64,000 bases of DNA, taken from assembly GCF_004010195.1 (NCBI RefSeq), contig NC_057718.1, positions 79,664,514 through 79,728,513 of the forward strand, read 5' to 3'. A model generated the notes under the pieces. It was given only the letters and a program-made list of their open reading frames with translations, had not been told where the DNA came from and made no database searches. Source of the stretch: Chiloscyllium plagiosum. Its lineage: Eukaryota. This document shows positions 1 through 12,485 of the stretch, in pieces; the first letter of the stretch is position 1, and each line of letters opens with the position of its first letter. The position numbers and the translations under genes are program-made.

Positions 1-2894
1 TAAAATGCAGTGCCGAGAAATGGACATCATGTAATTCTAATCCTTATGTCATTAAATCTGAGATGCTCTGCTCAGTTTAATGGGTGCAATTGTCAGAGGC
101 CAATAATTAGCAGCTTCAAGGTCAAGTAGTTCTGAGCTTATGATGCTTTATTCATGATTCCATATGTGAAACTAAAAAAAACTTATTCAAGGGGTTATGA
201 GAAGATTGCATGATTTCAGATTTCTTCTTACTGGTAATTATAATTATCCCATATTAATAATTCCTTGTCAAAAACAAGTTACAAATTATGATTTCATGAT
301 GAGGATTTTTTATTGTCTGATTTACGCATGGTAATAATTCCCCACTGAAATACTCAAAATATGTGCAGTGTTGATGTTAAAAGAAACATTTAAAATTCCA
401 GGCTATAATACCCCAGCACAGATGTGCAGGGATCATCTCATCATGAAACGAACCCAGCAATCATTGAAAGTTCAGGGAACATTCATATTTAAAGAAAAAT
501 CATATCGCACAAATATCCCATTTATTCATATGACAATTATGTGGAACTAAATCCATTTGTCCTGAACAATTTTCTAACCTATATTTAGCTTTATTATTTT
601 ATACATTTCTTCCTATCAGATCATGGGAACTAAATCTAGCATAGCAAAAATGGTTTAAAATAAATTTCAGGTCACCATCATTGAAAAGATGAGAACATCT
701 TTTGTTGACCTTTCCTTAAAGTAAGAGCTTTTACCTAATCAGTCGTCTTGGGAGACAATGGGGAAAACTCATAGGCAAGCAACCACACTCTGTTCCTCTA
801 TCCATCTCCATGCCCTCAATAACTATTATGCCACACATACCTATTTCCCATGGTCCCTCCTATCTACTCCCCAATTCTCCATTATCCCCTTATGTCTCTG
901 AAGCCATCAATCTGGCCTTTTATAGTCCCTATGCCCCTGAACCCATCATCCTTCATTGCCCCTATGTAAACTTAATGTCCACTTACGTCAACCCATTTCT
1001 CCATTCAACATTCATCCCCTTTTCTCTATGCCAAAACAAACATTCATTGATTTAAAATCCTGTTCAGTGCAACCCATCCAATTTATCTTTTATGAAAATA
1101 AACATGTCAGTTAAGTGCTTAAGCTCTTATGAAAATGAACATTGCTATTCTATATGCACTTGAAGTTGTTCATCAAAGTGCTCTTGACAGGCACAGTGTT
1201 ATGGAAAGGTTGGGAAATCAGTCATGCAGCACAAATCCTATAATGGCTTATGCAAACAGACACAGTGAAATTTCTCACTTTTTAAAACTCCAAATATTTT
1301 GATCATTGTTTGACAATATAGCATTTTGTTTTTAATAGCTTTGACAGTTGTTTGACAGCTTCACATTTCTTTGACAGCTTTGACAGTGTTTTGACAGCTC
1401 AGTAGTCCCAATGATTTTATACACTTTAAAACAGATTTATGTATATATTTAACAATCCAAAAGGGTACCTGATTTCCTCCTCACAAAAGAGACTTGACCC
1501 CCACTAAAAGCAGCTGACTCCCAAATAGGGACACATTATCACTCTAAGTGGTTATTCAAATGAATTCACAAGGTTCAGGCCAGTTCTTAGCTGAACTAAC
1601 ATGCACATCCTGGATTCGATACCATAAGAATGCCAAAATCACACTTTACTGTAGTTAGTCAGTAATAACCAGCTGTTTCATAAAATCTGCATGCATAAAA
1701 CCAAGAATAACTCAACTCTTACTTGTGAAAATACAAGTGCTATATTCATGGGACAGGATTTGCTATTTAAGGCCATTTCCACCATTTGTACCATGGCAGA
1801 GGATCTCCATGCGATGACAAAAATTTGGGACCAGATATTAGACTTGATCTTACAGTAAACGTAGAGGTTAATACTTGACCTGTTTTCTAATGAACTGCTA
1901 TTTATGGTGGGACTCAGAATGTGGCTAATTCTGCACATGGACTAATTTTCTGGTTGGACATTATTTTGCAGACAGAGACTTGTTGTATGTATGGGGTAAG
2001 TGTTTTCCCCTTCAATTATTTTCTTGAACTTTGCACAAAAGATTGTGTGGCCAGAATCAATATAGTTTCATCCATGAACAGCTTTTTCTATCATATGACA
2101 TATTTCCCAATTTTTCAGTTCTCCTAAAGTAGCTACGAATTATGGTTGTCCATTTAATAAAAAAAAACCTGAAATTAAACCACTTCCTTGCAATAGTGTA
2201 AACAAGTTGCAGAGTGCCTCATTCAAGTTCACATTACAAGGATTGACCCTCTCTTATATCATCTCTTATTGTTGAAAATATCTTCTGTGGTAGTATAGCT
2301 CCCTATACTTCTATTTTAGCATTGCTGTGAATCCAGTCGGCTGTATTAGCTCTTCAAAGTCCTATTAAACTGAAACATTCTTTTGTGCTCCAGTTTTCAT
2401 GAACCTTAAGCATCTTAAAAATTGCCTCTAGCAAAGTTAACTTCCTCTGCCACTAACTGGGGATGTGGGCAGGACCACAAGGGTTAAGGGAATTATTAGT
2501 GAAGTCATTGAAAGCAAGGAGGACAAAGGCTGTGAGAGTTGAATTCTGTTTCTTAGGAAGAAAGTTCCAGAATGAGGTGGAATACACACAGAATTTCAAT
2601 TAGGTCAAGAGTTTTGTTGTATCCAAGCTTTCCTAGGACAGGACTTCTGTAATTTGAACTTGACATGCAATGCACATATATATGACAACATTCCAGCACT
2701 GTTAGGAATTTGGTTATGTGTGCACTGTCAGTTGTTTTTGTCAAGTGTGAACTCAACACACAACATTAATGTTCATCGAATTTATAGTTCCAGTTAACAA
2801 TAATTCAATTAAATTCAAATAACAATAACAAGAATGATCTTGAACACTTAGAAGATGTGCTACAATAGTGTTTGGTCTGAATAGAAATGCTCTG

Positions 2895-4470
2895 TGTTTT
2901 TGGTCATTCGTGAGCTGTGGGCATCACTGACAAAGCCAGCTTTTATTGCCCATTCCTAAATTCCTATGGAGTAGGTGAAAGGATAGACTGCTTCAGTATC
3001 TGAGAAACAAATAGAACTGAAAACTGTATAACTATTAGTGAGCATTCCAACTTCTTTTCTTGGAAGGAGGTAATTGTTGGAGAAGCATAAGATGGGTAGA
3101 CCTAAATCTTGGACACTACCTTGAGGAGTTCCTGCGTCTGTGATATTTGACTTCCATCAACCAAGACTATTCCTTTGTGTTAGGTATGACTCCAGTCAGT
3201 GGATAGTTTTAAATGTTATTTCTATTACATTCAGTTTTACTAGGGATCCTTGATGCCACACTTTGTCAAACTCTGCTTGAATGTCAAGGGTAGTTACTTT
3301 CACCTATCCTCTGGAGTTCAATTATTTGGCTCACCTTTGGACCAAGGCTATAATGAGGTTTGGAGCTGACTGAACCTGATGACAGGCAATGGCATAAAGA
3401 ACAGGCACTGTAGCTGCTCTTGGTCTGGCACGCTGCCTCTGTCCTACCTTCCAATCTGAGCACAGCAGCACCACATGCCAACCTGAACTCTACAGGTTGA
3501 ATTGAGGCCCGTGCAGATCACCCCCGATCCAATTTGCCTCGCCCCAGATCTAAGCAACAGTCATTTGAGTGCCCCATGCCTGGTCATTGGGCTCAAATGT
3601 CTTCCTCTCTCTCAGGCTCTGCCTGGCAGAAGCCAGACCCAACATTGCTGAACAGGTTATTGAATAATTGTGTCATTTAGTCGCATTCTTAATAATATTT
3701 GCAATTACTTTGCTAATGATTAAAAGTAGAATGATGGGGTAGTCATTGATTGAATTGAGGTTTTTCTTTTTTTTTGCAGAAGGATATAACTTACAATTTT
3801 TCACATTGTCAGATAGATAATGAATTGTATTGGTATTGAAATTGCTTGATTAGGCTAGTTCTGATACACAAGTCTTCAGCTCAAGAGCCAGGATTTTACT
3901 GGAGTCTCTAATCTTTGATGCATTTAATGCACTCAGCTGTTTCTTCATATCAAATGGAGTGAATCAAACTGGCTGACATTTGTCATCTTTGATGGTGAAG
4001 ACCACAGCAGGAGGCTAGGATGAATCATCCACTAGGCAATTCTGGCTGAGAATGGTTAGAAATGCCTCAGTTTTGTCTTTTGTAATGAGGCGCTGGCCTC
4101 CTCCATCATTGAAGTTAGAGATGTTTATTAAGCCTTCTATTAATTTTAGTTGTTAGATTACCCATCACTATTCCCACTGAATGCGGTAGGACTGTAGAGT
4201 TTTGCTCTGAGTTGATGGTAATGGGATAATTTAGCTCTATTTATAATATGCTGGTTCCACTGTTTGGCCTGACTATACTTTCATCAGATTGACAGATCAT
4301 TTTTAGATTTGCTTGTTTGTTTGCCTGGTTGACTAATTAATTCCCTGACTTGAATGCGATGGTTGAGAGAAGACTGTTTTGTCCCATGAGGTTACAAGTT
4401 AAGGTGCAATATCATTCTGCTGCAGCTGCTGATGGTCCAAAGTGCATGTAGTACCACTGTTGCCTGAACA
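2895..4470 (-). mobile_element. Old, decayed non-LTR retrotransposon (CR1/L2 group), same family as 44150-45515
   Basis: 2895-2960 is the reverse complement of the 3' tail seen at 45470-45515. Internal pieces resemble 40330-40750 and the inverse of 44200-45000. Confidence 0.55.
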
Positions 4471-6089
4471 CCTTCTGATGCAGAATATGTAAGAGAGAAC
4501 TGAAGAAAAATCACTGGGCTGCAAAAGAAGCTAACGCTTTCTGAATGGTCAGTAAAAATGGTACAGTTTGTCTTAATTAGTGCTTTAGAAGATATCAATT
4601 TTGTAACCTGTTGCAACATACTCTTATGCTGAATTAAGCTGAGCTGGAGCATTGGTAGTTTTTATTAGATCTGCACAGCAAGCTTATTGCTAAGGAGCAA
4701 ATTCCAGTGATTTAAGTGAGGTTATGTTGTTTTCAAGGGAAAGTTCAATGAACCTGGAACATTTGATGGATATGCTCCCATAGTGAGCAGTATTATACCT
4801 ATGTACACTCCTGATGTGGAAACTGGAATGAATGGGCTAGAATTAGAAAAGAAATGTAAAAATGGGACCAAGTACGATGTAAGAACTGTGCCAATTTGTC
4901 ATTACCCATTTAAATTGCCACACAAAACCTATCTCAATGATTGCAGTTTTGCTAATATTTGGAGGGTTTTGCAGCTCAGCCCAATCTTGCCTTCACCCAA
5001 ACTCTCCAATAAGAGTCACTAAATTATGCTTCAATGCAGAAATCACAGCTGATTACTTTTCTCCCTATTCTGAATTGGCTTGTACTCTATCCTGATCTGC
5101 TCACATCTCTACATTGTATTAGTTACACATCAGGGATCAAAGCTATGATCTTTCTTTTCTGTTCATTCTGTTATATTCTGTGATATGTTTAACCACTAAG
5201 CCTTTGGGAATCCTTGGCAAAATGCTTTTGATTGATTAATATGAGGATCCAAACATGCCAAGTTGTAATCAGATGATTCTGAAGCAAAAGAAAAGCACTT
5301 TTGAGAATTGTTGTTAGTAGGCAGAAAAACACACAAATCTCTTTTGTTAAACATGAATGAAAAATGTGGCTAATCTGAGGGTTGGATATTTACAAAATGG
5401 AAGTGGCAAGAATTTCTTTTTAAGATCTGGCCCATAGAACTGAAGTACAATAATCTATTTTAGAATAGGTTTTCAGTCTGATTCTGAAATGCAACAGGCA
5501 CAGAGGTGTCTGAATTCCTTATGGAGCATTCTGGCATTTAGGTAACGGCTCTCCGTATTAGGAGTGCTGTTAAAAATTGTCTTTGAATTTTGCATTGATT
5601 TGTAATCTTATTTAAATATTCACAAGCTTTTCAAGTGATTCATTTTGATCAATTTTATGTGTAGTTTGTTTGTCTTACATCACTGGAGGTTTGCAGCAGA
5701 TCTGACTATATTACAAATCAGGTAACATCAGCAGAAAGAGAGGTATGTATTCATTAAGTCTGCAAGATATCCCATTTAATCCAGTATGCAGGCCCTTGTG
5801 CAGCTAGAAGGGATCTGTTCTGACAGCTCCTGACTGACAGTACGGAAAGCTGAAAATAGAAATAACAGATTCTCTCTGTTATTCCTAAATCTTGAATATA
5901 AATTCATGTACATGCAAAGACATCAATTTCTGTACAAACTCACTTGAAACTTGATGATCAAAAATGTCAATTCCTAATTCCAACCTGTGGAAAGACAATG
6001 CTTTGGTGCAATGTATCTGATAAAAATCATATCAGATAAAAACTCTGTATCAAATTATTAAACATGCTATCCTCTACACATTTGGTAAT

Positions 6090-6445
6090 AGGGGAGTTGA
6101 GCATCTAATGGTATTATTGCTAGATTACTAATCCAGAGACCAAAACGTCTGCAGATCTGGCTTTGAACTCTGCCATGCAGGTGCTGGAATTTGGATTTAA
6201 GTGAATTTAAAAGAAAATGGAATTCAGAGTTTAATGATGATATTGCTGAATGTCAGAAAAACCCATCTGGTTCACTAATGCCCTTTAGTGAAGGAAATTG
6301 CTGTCCTTCCCTGACCTGGCCTGGCCTGGCCTATGTGTGATCCACACCCACAGCAATGTGGCTGACTCTTAACTAACCTCTGGGCAATTAGGCATGTGAA
6401 ATAAATGCTAGTCTAGCCAGCAACACCTGCATCCTGTGAATAAAT
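6090..6445 (+). mobile_element. tRNA-derived SINE (second family) sharing its 3' tail with the LINE at 44150-45515
   Basis: Core aaaacccatctggttcactaatg...gcaatgtggctgactcttaact; tail ggcaatta...aataaatgctagtctagccag. Related copies are at 50680-50830 plus 53400-53535 (split by a CR1) and 57130-57350 (minus). Confidence 0.6.
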
Positions 6446-7139
6446 AATAGCAATTTTTTAAAAATTTAAACACTTTTGATTAATAAGGATTCCACATTTG
6501 AGCAGAGATTTCTCAGAGATGAATTTCTTAAGTCTAGTGGCAAAACATTCAAACTGTACAAGCAAGAAATTATTCTAAAAGAGGTTTGGCTGTAAGAGGA
6601 TAAGGATAACACATTTCAGTGCATCTTGTGCAGTTTTACGATGGCTCCACCAACCCATGTTGATACCTAAGGGGTTTCTTTCATTGTTGGATTTTCAGCT
6701 TCCGAGGTCTCAAAACTAGTTCCTGTCATACGTCATGACTTGAAGCTTCAGTCACTTTGCTCTCTGTTCTTGTTGACTAGCAGTGAATTTATTTTTAACT
6801 GTAATGTTAACTGTATTTATGCTTCTTGGAAACAGTGAAAGGAAGTGTCACTACAATATTTGGACATATAACCTGAGCTGACAAAAATGTCAGCATTGTA
6901 ATTCATAATCCAGGACCTTGTCACTAGAGAGTCAGTTATGCTTCCTTAGCGTTCATAAATTATAGAAAAGAGCACGTTACTTAAAGAACAATGTTGGTTA
7001 GATGTGAGCTCAATGCAGGATTTAACAAATTGTTTGATATGGTACACACAGTAGTGATTTGGATAGAATCAACCTTGGTTCGTCATCAAAATTCACTAGA
7101 TCTGAATCCTGCTTCCTGCAAAGACTCTATTCCATTTTT

Positions 7140-7920
7140 CACTCACCACCTTTTGTGTGAAAAACTTGCCTCACACATCTCTTTTAAACACTTCTGCACT
7201 TTGAACCTGTGTCCCCAGTAACTGACCCCTCCACCCTGGGAAAAAGCTTCACACTTTCCACTCAATCTGTGCCATTCCCAATCTTATAAACATCTATCAG
7301 GTCTCCCCTCAACCTCTTGCATTCCAGTGAACATAAACCCAGTCTACCCAACCTTTTTTCATATCTAAAATCCCCCATACCAGGCAACATCCTGGTAAGC
7401 CTTTCTCTCCAAAGCATCCACATCCTTCTGGTAGTGTGGTGACCAGAACTGTACACAATATTCCAAGTGTGGTCGAACTAAATTTCTATAAAGCTGCAGC
7501 ATAACTTGTCTATCCTTATACTCAATGCTCCTTCCAATGAAAGCAATAAGCCTTGTTTACTACCTTATCTTCCTGTGCTGCCATCTTCTGTGATCTGTGG
7601 ACCTGCACACCCAGATCCCTCTGCGTAACAATACTGCCATTCACTGTATAAGTTCCACCTGTACATGACCTTCCACAATGCATCACCTCATATTTATTCA
7701 GATTAAAAACCATCTGCCATCTTTCTGCCCATACCTCCAACTGATCTATGTCCTCCTGTATACTCTGACAATCGTCCTCACTAACTGTAACTCCACCAAT
7801 CTTTGTATCATCCACAAACTTACTAATTAGATCAGCTATGTTTTTCTCCAAATCATTTATGTTAACCATGAGCAGCAGAGGTCCCAGCACTGATCCCTGT
7901 GGAACACCACTAGTCACAAC
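7140..7920 (-). mobile_element. CR1 LINE RT 3' fragment
   Basis: ORF 7522-7974 contains VTSGVPQGSVLGPLL...SKFVDDTKIGG; ORF 7262-7456 contains RLRGDLIDVYKI. Confidence 0.9.
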
Positions 7921-7924
7921 CCTG

Positions 7925-8715
7925 CATTCCCCATGGTTTCTTCCCCTGCAACCGCAGGTGTAACACCTGCCCATTTACTTCCTCTTTCCTCACTATCCAA
8001 GGGCCCAACACACCACAAGTGAAGCAGCACCTTACCTGCACTTCACTCAATCTAGTCTACTGCATTCACTACGTACAATATGGTCTCCTGCATATTGGGG
8101 GGACAGAGACTAGACTGGGTGACCACTTCACAGAACACCTACATTCTGTCTGCATAAAAGACCCTGAGGTTCCAGTTGCCTACCATTTCAACACACCACC
8201 TTGTTCCCTGGTCAACATCTCTGTCTCAGGCTTGCTATAGTGCTCCAGCAAAGATCAGTGGAAGTTGGAAGAACAGCATCTCATTTCCACTTGGGAACTC
8301 CTCAACCTCCTGGACTCAATCTTGAGTTCAATAATTTTTGGGCTTGATGCACTTTCTCCCATGTCCTTACCCCAACCCCCACACATCAGGCCTTGTTATC
8401 ACATGGTCTGCTATTACATACTACCCATTATTAGCTATTCATTCTCCTTGGCTGATTGTTATCCATTCCTTTGTCTTTCCAACTGTTGTTCTCTCTGACT
8501 GGGCTCTATCTCAACCTATCATTTACTCCTTACTCCTTCCCTCACTCTATCTTCTTCATAAAAAACAACTTGCTCCTAACTACTATCAGTTCTGAGGAAG
8601 AGTCACTGGACCCAAAATGTTAACTCTGATTTCTCTCCACAGATGTTGCTAGACTTGCTGAGCTTTTCTAGCAATTTCTATTTTTGTTTCTGACTTCCAG
8701 CATTGGCAGTTTTTA
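7925..8715 (+). mobile_element. Penelope-like element 3' part: GIY-YIG endonuclease fragment plus terminus with a degenerate hammerhead (8592-8622)
   Basis: ORF 8019-8240 contains NLVYCI...LLHIGGTETRLGDHFTEHL...PVAYHFN. The terminus reads ctgaggaagagtcactggacccaaaatgtt. Confidence 0.85.
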
Positions 8716-8719
8716 CCAT

Positions 8720-9040
8720 CTGTAATCTCTTTATCTCCTCATCACAGCCTGCTTTTCCACCTATTTCAGTATCATCTGTGAATTTTGCCGTTACACTTTG
8801 TTCCTGCTTGCAGATCATTTATACTCATTGTAAATAGTTGAGGTCTGAGAGCTGCACCCCACGTGTTATAGTTCGCCATTCAGAGAAGGACCCATTTATC
8901 CTGACCCTCTGCTTTCTGTCAGTCAGCTAATCTTCTATCCGAGCCAATACTCTACCCAAAACCTTCTGAGACCTAACCTTCAGGATCAATCTTTGGCACC
9001 TTGTCAAAAACTTTCTGGAAGTCTAGATATACCACATCCC
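8720..9040 (-). mobile_element. CR1 RT fragment (older)
   Basis: The reverse complement encodes VVYLDFQKVFDKVP-like and FTDDT-like motifs. Confidence 0.7.
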
Positions 9041-9589
9041 CGAATCTGCATTAATGGGGATCCCAAAATGAGACCAGAATGCAGGCAGCTATAGATTTAT
9101 ATGGGCATATGCCTTAGCAAAATGCATATGTGCAAAGTGAAATTTGCTATCATTCCCACTCCCATAAGTTTTTTTCACTCATTGTACCTAAGTTCCAAAG
9201 TAATTATTATGTTCACTGCTTAAATTCAAATGTGTTAATGTTGGTTCAGATTTTTTAAAATAGTTTACAATGCAGTTAAAATTCTGGTTGCACAAATACG
9301 AAGTACGATAAGTACTTGATGAAATATAATTGAAATATTTGTCAGAAAGGTTAATAAATCTCTAGCTGGAGAGTAAGAAATGAAATGATAGAGCTACGAA
9401 CTCTCCAAAGCAGAGTGTCTGTCACCTACTCCTTCAACTGGAACATGCTTTAAAACTAATGCCTCTGAGTGCCCCCAACTGAAGGGGGAAGAGCAGCACT
9501 GTGGGAAAATAGAAGTCAACTGTCAGTCCACTAGTTGCAGCCATTGTGTTTCTGTTAGGAGAAAGGCTTTGCTTCACTCTTCACCAGCA

Positions 9590-10015
9590 GTCACATGGTT
9601 GTCCTGATGGGATTTCCAAGTCACTCAGATTAACCTCTCGCCTTTCAGACAGAAGGTTTTGCATTCAAATTCCACTCCAGGCATTTAAGCACAAAGTCCA
9701 AATGATACTTCTACTGCAGGACCGAAGGATCTGTATTCCAGGGACAGTGTATTTCTGATGAAACTGTAAACTAAGAAACTGTCAGGGGCTGATCTAAAAG
9801 TTTCCATGATGCTAGTTTCAAAGTAGGGGGCAATGTTTCCCTGCATAATAGCTATCCCTCAGTCAACATCTTATAAACAGATTATCTAGCTATATTACCA
9901 CTTGTGGTAGTTTGTGCATGAACTGGTTTCCAGGTTAACCAAGATTTAAAAAGTATAGGCTGAGCTATTGGACATTTTGAGGCTGTGAAAGAAACTATGT
10001 AACTACAAGTTCTTC
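9590..10015 (+). mobile_element. Decayed DeuSINE/SacSINE1-like element
   Basis: The core tatccctcagtcaacatc...aaacagattatctag and tail gaggctgtgaaag...caagttctt resemble the shark Deu-domain SINE as recalled. A related tail is at 58955-59055. Confidence 0.45.
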
Positions 10016-10087
10016 CTTTATTAGCTATTCCTTGTGCCCTGTGTAAATGGAGGCTGTTTATTACTCTTGGCAACCTATCTTTAATGC

Positions 10088-10272
10088 TAAAAATCACACA
10101 ACACCAGGTTATAGTTCAACAGGTTTAATTGGAAGCACACTAGCTTTCGGAGCGACGCTCCTTCATCAGGTGAACGCTAGTGTGCTTCCAATTAAACCTG
10201 TTGGACTATAACCTGGTGTTGTGTGATTTTTAACTTTGTACACCCCAGTCCAACACCGGCATCTCCGAATCA
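10088..10272 (+). mobile_element. PLE-derived hairpin mini-element (family A)
   Basis: The 12-bp TSD tatctttaatgc lies at 10076-10087 and 10273-10284. Inverted arms are about 10088-10144 and 10176-10232, followed by a ~40-nt unpaired tail. The hammerhead core is in the loop. Confidence 0.85.
10138..10172 (-). ncRNA. Minimal type I hammerhead ribozyme, intact core
   Basis: The minus strand reads cac-CTGATGA-a-ggagc-gtc-gctcc-GAAA-gcta-gtg: stem I cac/gtg, stem II ggagc/gctcc, palindromic AGCU stem III, and a UA cleavage site. Confidence 0.8.
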
Positions 10273-11029
10273 TATCTTTAATGCAACTGCGTTTCCACAC
10301 AAAGGAGAAGATCAGGCTGATAGTTTTGCTAACGGGGCTTCATTTAGGGCATGCCATACTACCACTCACCCCACTTCCCCAAACCTCCACCTCTCCTCCC
10401 CTACACACTTCCTGAATTCAAGTCTGTTCCTTTGGGATTCCCAGTGCCTAATCTATAAATGCACTGCTTAAGGTAGGTCAAAAATTATAATTCCTGTGAG
10501 GTAGTACAGCTCTCAATGCTGCCAGCTATATAACCCACCCCCATGGGTTGTCAATGATGACTGAAGAAAGATTTAAAGGTTACAAGGGAAGGTGTAGATT
10601 TGAGGTCCCCAGTGAATGTAAGGAGCAATGAATACTAATGATAATATTGTTCCTGTCGGAAATCATTCCAATCTTATCGCTGGCTTTACAGTTAATTTCT
10701 ATTAAAATGCACAGTGTTAGTCTTGAATAATCAGTAGTGGCAAGAGGTTAATACTCTAACTATTATGGTAGGGTTACTCATATACATATTGATAAAGTCT
10801 CTGGGGTTTATCTAATGTGCACCAAAATGTGTGCCTCAATCAGTGCTTCTGCTATTTGCCAACACAAGAGGAACAACTGAATGTAGAAACTATAATAAAT
10901 TTACTTATACTTCACCGGCCAATATTATTATCAAGTTAAAATTTTGATACCCTCATAGATGTAATTTTCCAAATTTAATCCTTCCCTGATAGCATTGTGA
11001 ATGAATGAATATCTTGACTATTATTATCG

Positions 11030-11650
11030 CTGTCTTATTCCCAAACATAATACAAGGTTATGCTATTATTCTATGATATATTGTTTTGCTTTGAGTAATG
11101 TGTGCAATTCAGATCATCTTTTCAAAAGAAGGGTATTATTGCTTTATCAGAAGGTACAGAAGTGCCCTTGAAGGGGTGCGGTGAAGATTCTGCAGAATAA
11201 TGGTACTCAAATGGTTTAAATTATGAGGATGGGCTGCAAAGGCTGACTTGCATTCCCTTGAGTTTGGATGATTGAGAAGCAATTAGAGTGGCCTACTTAA
11301 AATGCAAAAAAGATTCGATGAGGTAGATGTGGAAAAACTTCTGATGGGGAAATCAAGAACAAGGAGCCATAATTTTAAAACGAGCTCGCAACTGCTTAGG
11401 AGGAAAATCACACAGTGCTTTGTCAGGACAAGGGTATTGGAAATCTATAATTATCTTCCCAAAAGTCTCTGAGATAAGATTCTGGGATAACTGCAGTTTT
11501 CAAGGTTGAAGGTGGTAATTGTGGTTAGGCAAATCTATCTTTGGACTACGGAAAAAAGGCAAGTAAACGGAGGTGGGGTTCAGACCAGTGTGATCTAATT
11601 GAATGGCTGAGTATGTTCAAGGCTCTGAAGTTTAATCCTGCTCCTATATT
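11030..11650 (+). mobile_element. Highly decayed CR1 3' end
   Basis: Remnants of the CR1 ORF2 C-terminus and 3' UTR, similar to 53540-54070 and 59950-60570. Confidence 0.5.
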
Positions 11651-11756
11651 CTTGTTAGGATGAACAAGAAAGATCATTAGTATCACACATTCACCATATA
11701 ATCAGAGTTGAAGGAAGAGGACTTGTTTTCTTTGGAAAATAATGTAAACTAATTGA

Positions 11757-11932
11757 TTTGGAAATGCCAGTGTTCGACTGGGGTGTACAAAGTTAAAAAG
11801 CACACAACACCAGGTTATAGTCCAACAGGTTTAATTGGAAGCACACTAGCTTTCGGAGCGGCGCTCCGAAAGCTAGTGTGCTTCCAATTAAACCTGTTGG
11901 ACTATAACCTGGTGTTGTGTGATTTTTAACTT
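11757..11932 (-). mobile_element. PLE-derived hairpin mini-element (family A), near-perfect 145-bp palindrome
   Basis: The 12-bp TSD taaactaattga lies at 11745-11756 and 11933-11944. Arms 11789-11860 and 11862-11933 have one mismatch. The axis is in hammerhead loop II and the CTGATGA motif is absent. Confidence 0.88.
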
Positions 11933-12432
11933 TAAACTAATTGAGGTTTACAAAATTTTAAAGGGAATTTGCAAAATGATGCAAGAAAATTATTCACTAC
12001 ATTCAAAGGCCAAGTCACAAGCAAGAATGGTTTGAAGTAAGCATATTAAAGAGAAACCCAATTTAATACCATTGAAAGATTAATGGAGGTGAGTATTTGG
12101 TTGCCAAAAGTAGAACTAAATTAGAAAGTTGAAACACATTTGACAAACTTTAGCCATACTTCTAAATAGAGAAGGGATTAAAGAAACAGTGAGAATGAGA
12201 TGGTTGAGCCAGTCTTTTTCTCCTCTTAAAAATGGCTTCTACAGATGATAGAATAAAATTTGCTAGACTGCAAAGTATATCTGGATTTAAATACAAAAGA
12301 AGTGACATTATTTGAGTCTGTCAGTTAAACTGCTTTCTTACAGTCACTCTTTACCATTAGTGATTGATTTCTAATTTTTAAATACAGTATGTCCATTCTT
12401 CTTGATAAAAGTAAGATAAAGACTTCCATATT

Positions 12433-12485
12433 CCAGTGGTTAGCACTGCTGCCTCACAGCGCCAGAGACCCGGGTTCAATTCCCG
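12433..12485 (+). mobile_element. 53-bp tRNA-like head of an HE1/V-SINE between perfect 78-bp direct repeats
   Basis: cagtggttagcactgctgcctcacagcgccagagacccgggttcaattcc matches the SINE head at 41770. The direct repeats are 12355-12432 and 12486-12563. Confidence 0.9.

Noticed and set aside
10088..11933. Palindromes as CRISPR repeats, rho-independent terminators or DNA-transposon MITEs
   Set aside because: The context is eukaryotic with no spacer array. The long variable TSDs, asymmetric tails and homology to PLE termini point to a retro origin.
12433..12485. tRNA genes here and at 23940, 41770, 42507 and 58423
   Set aside because: The A/B boxes belong to SINE heads; there is no complete cloverleaf.
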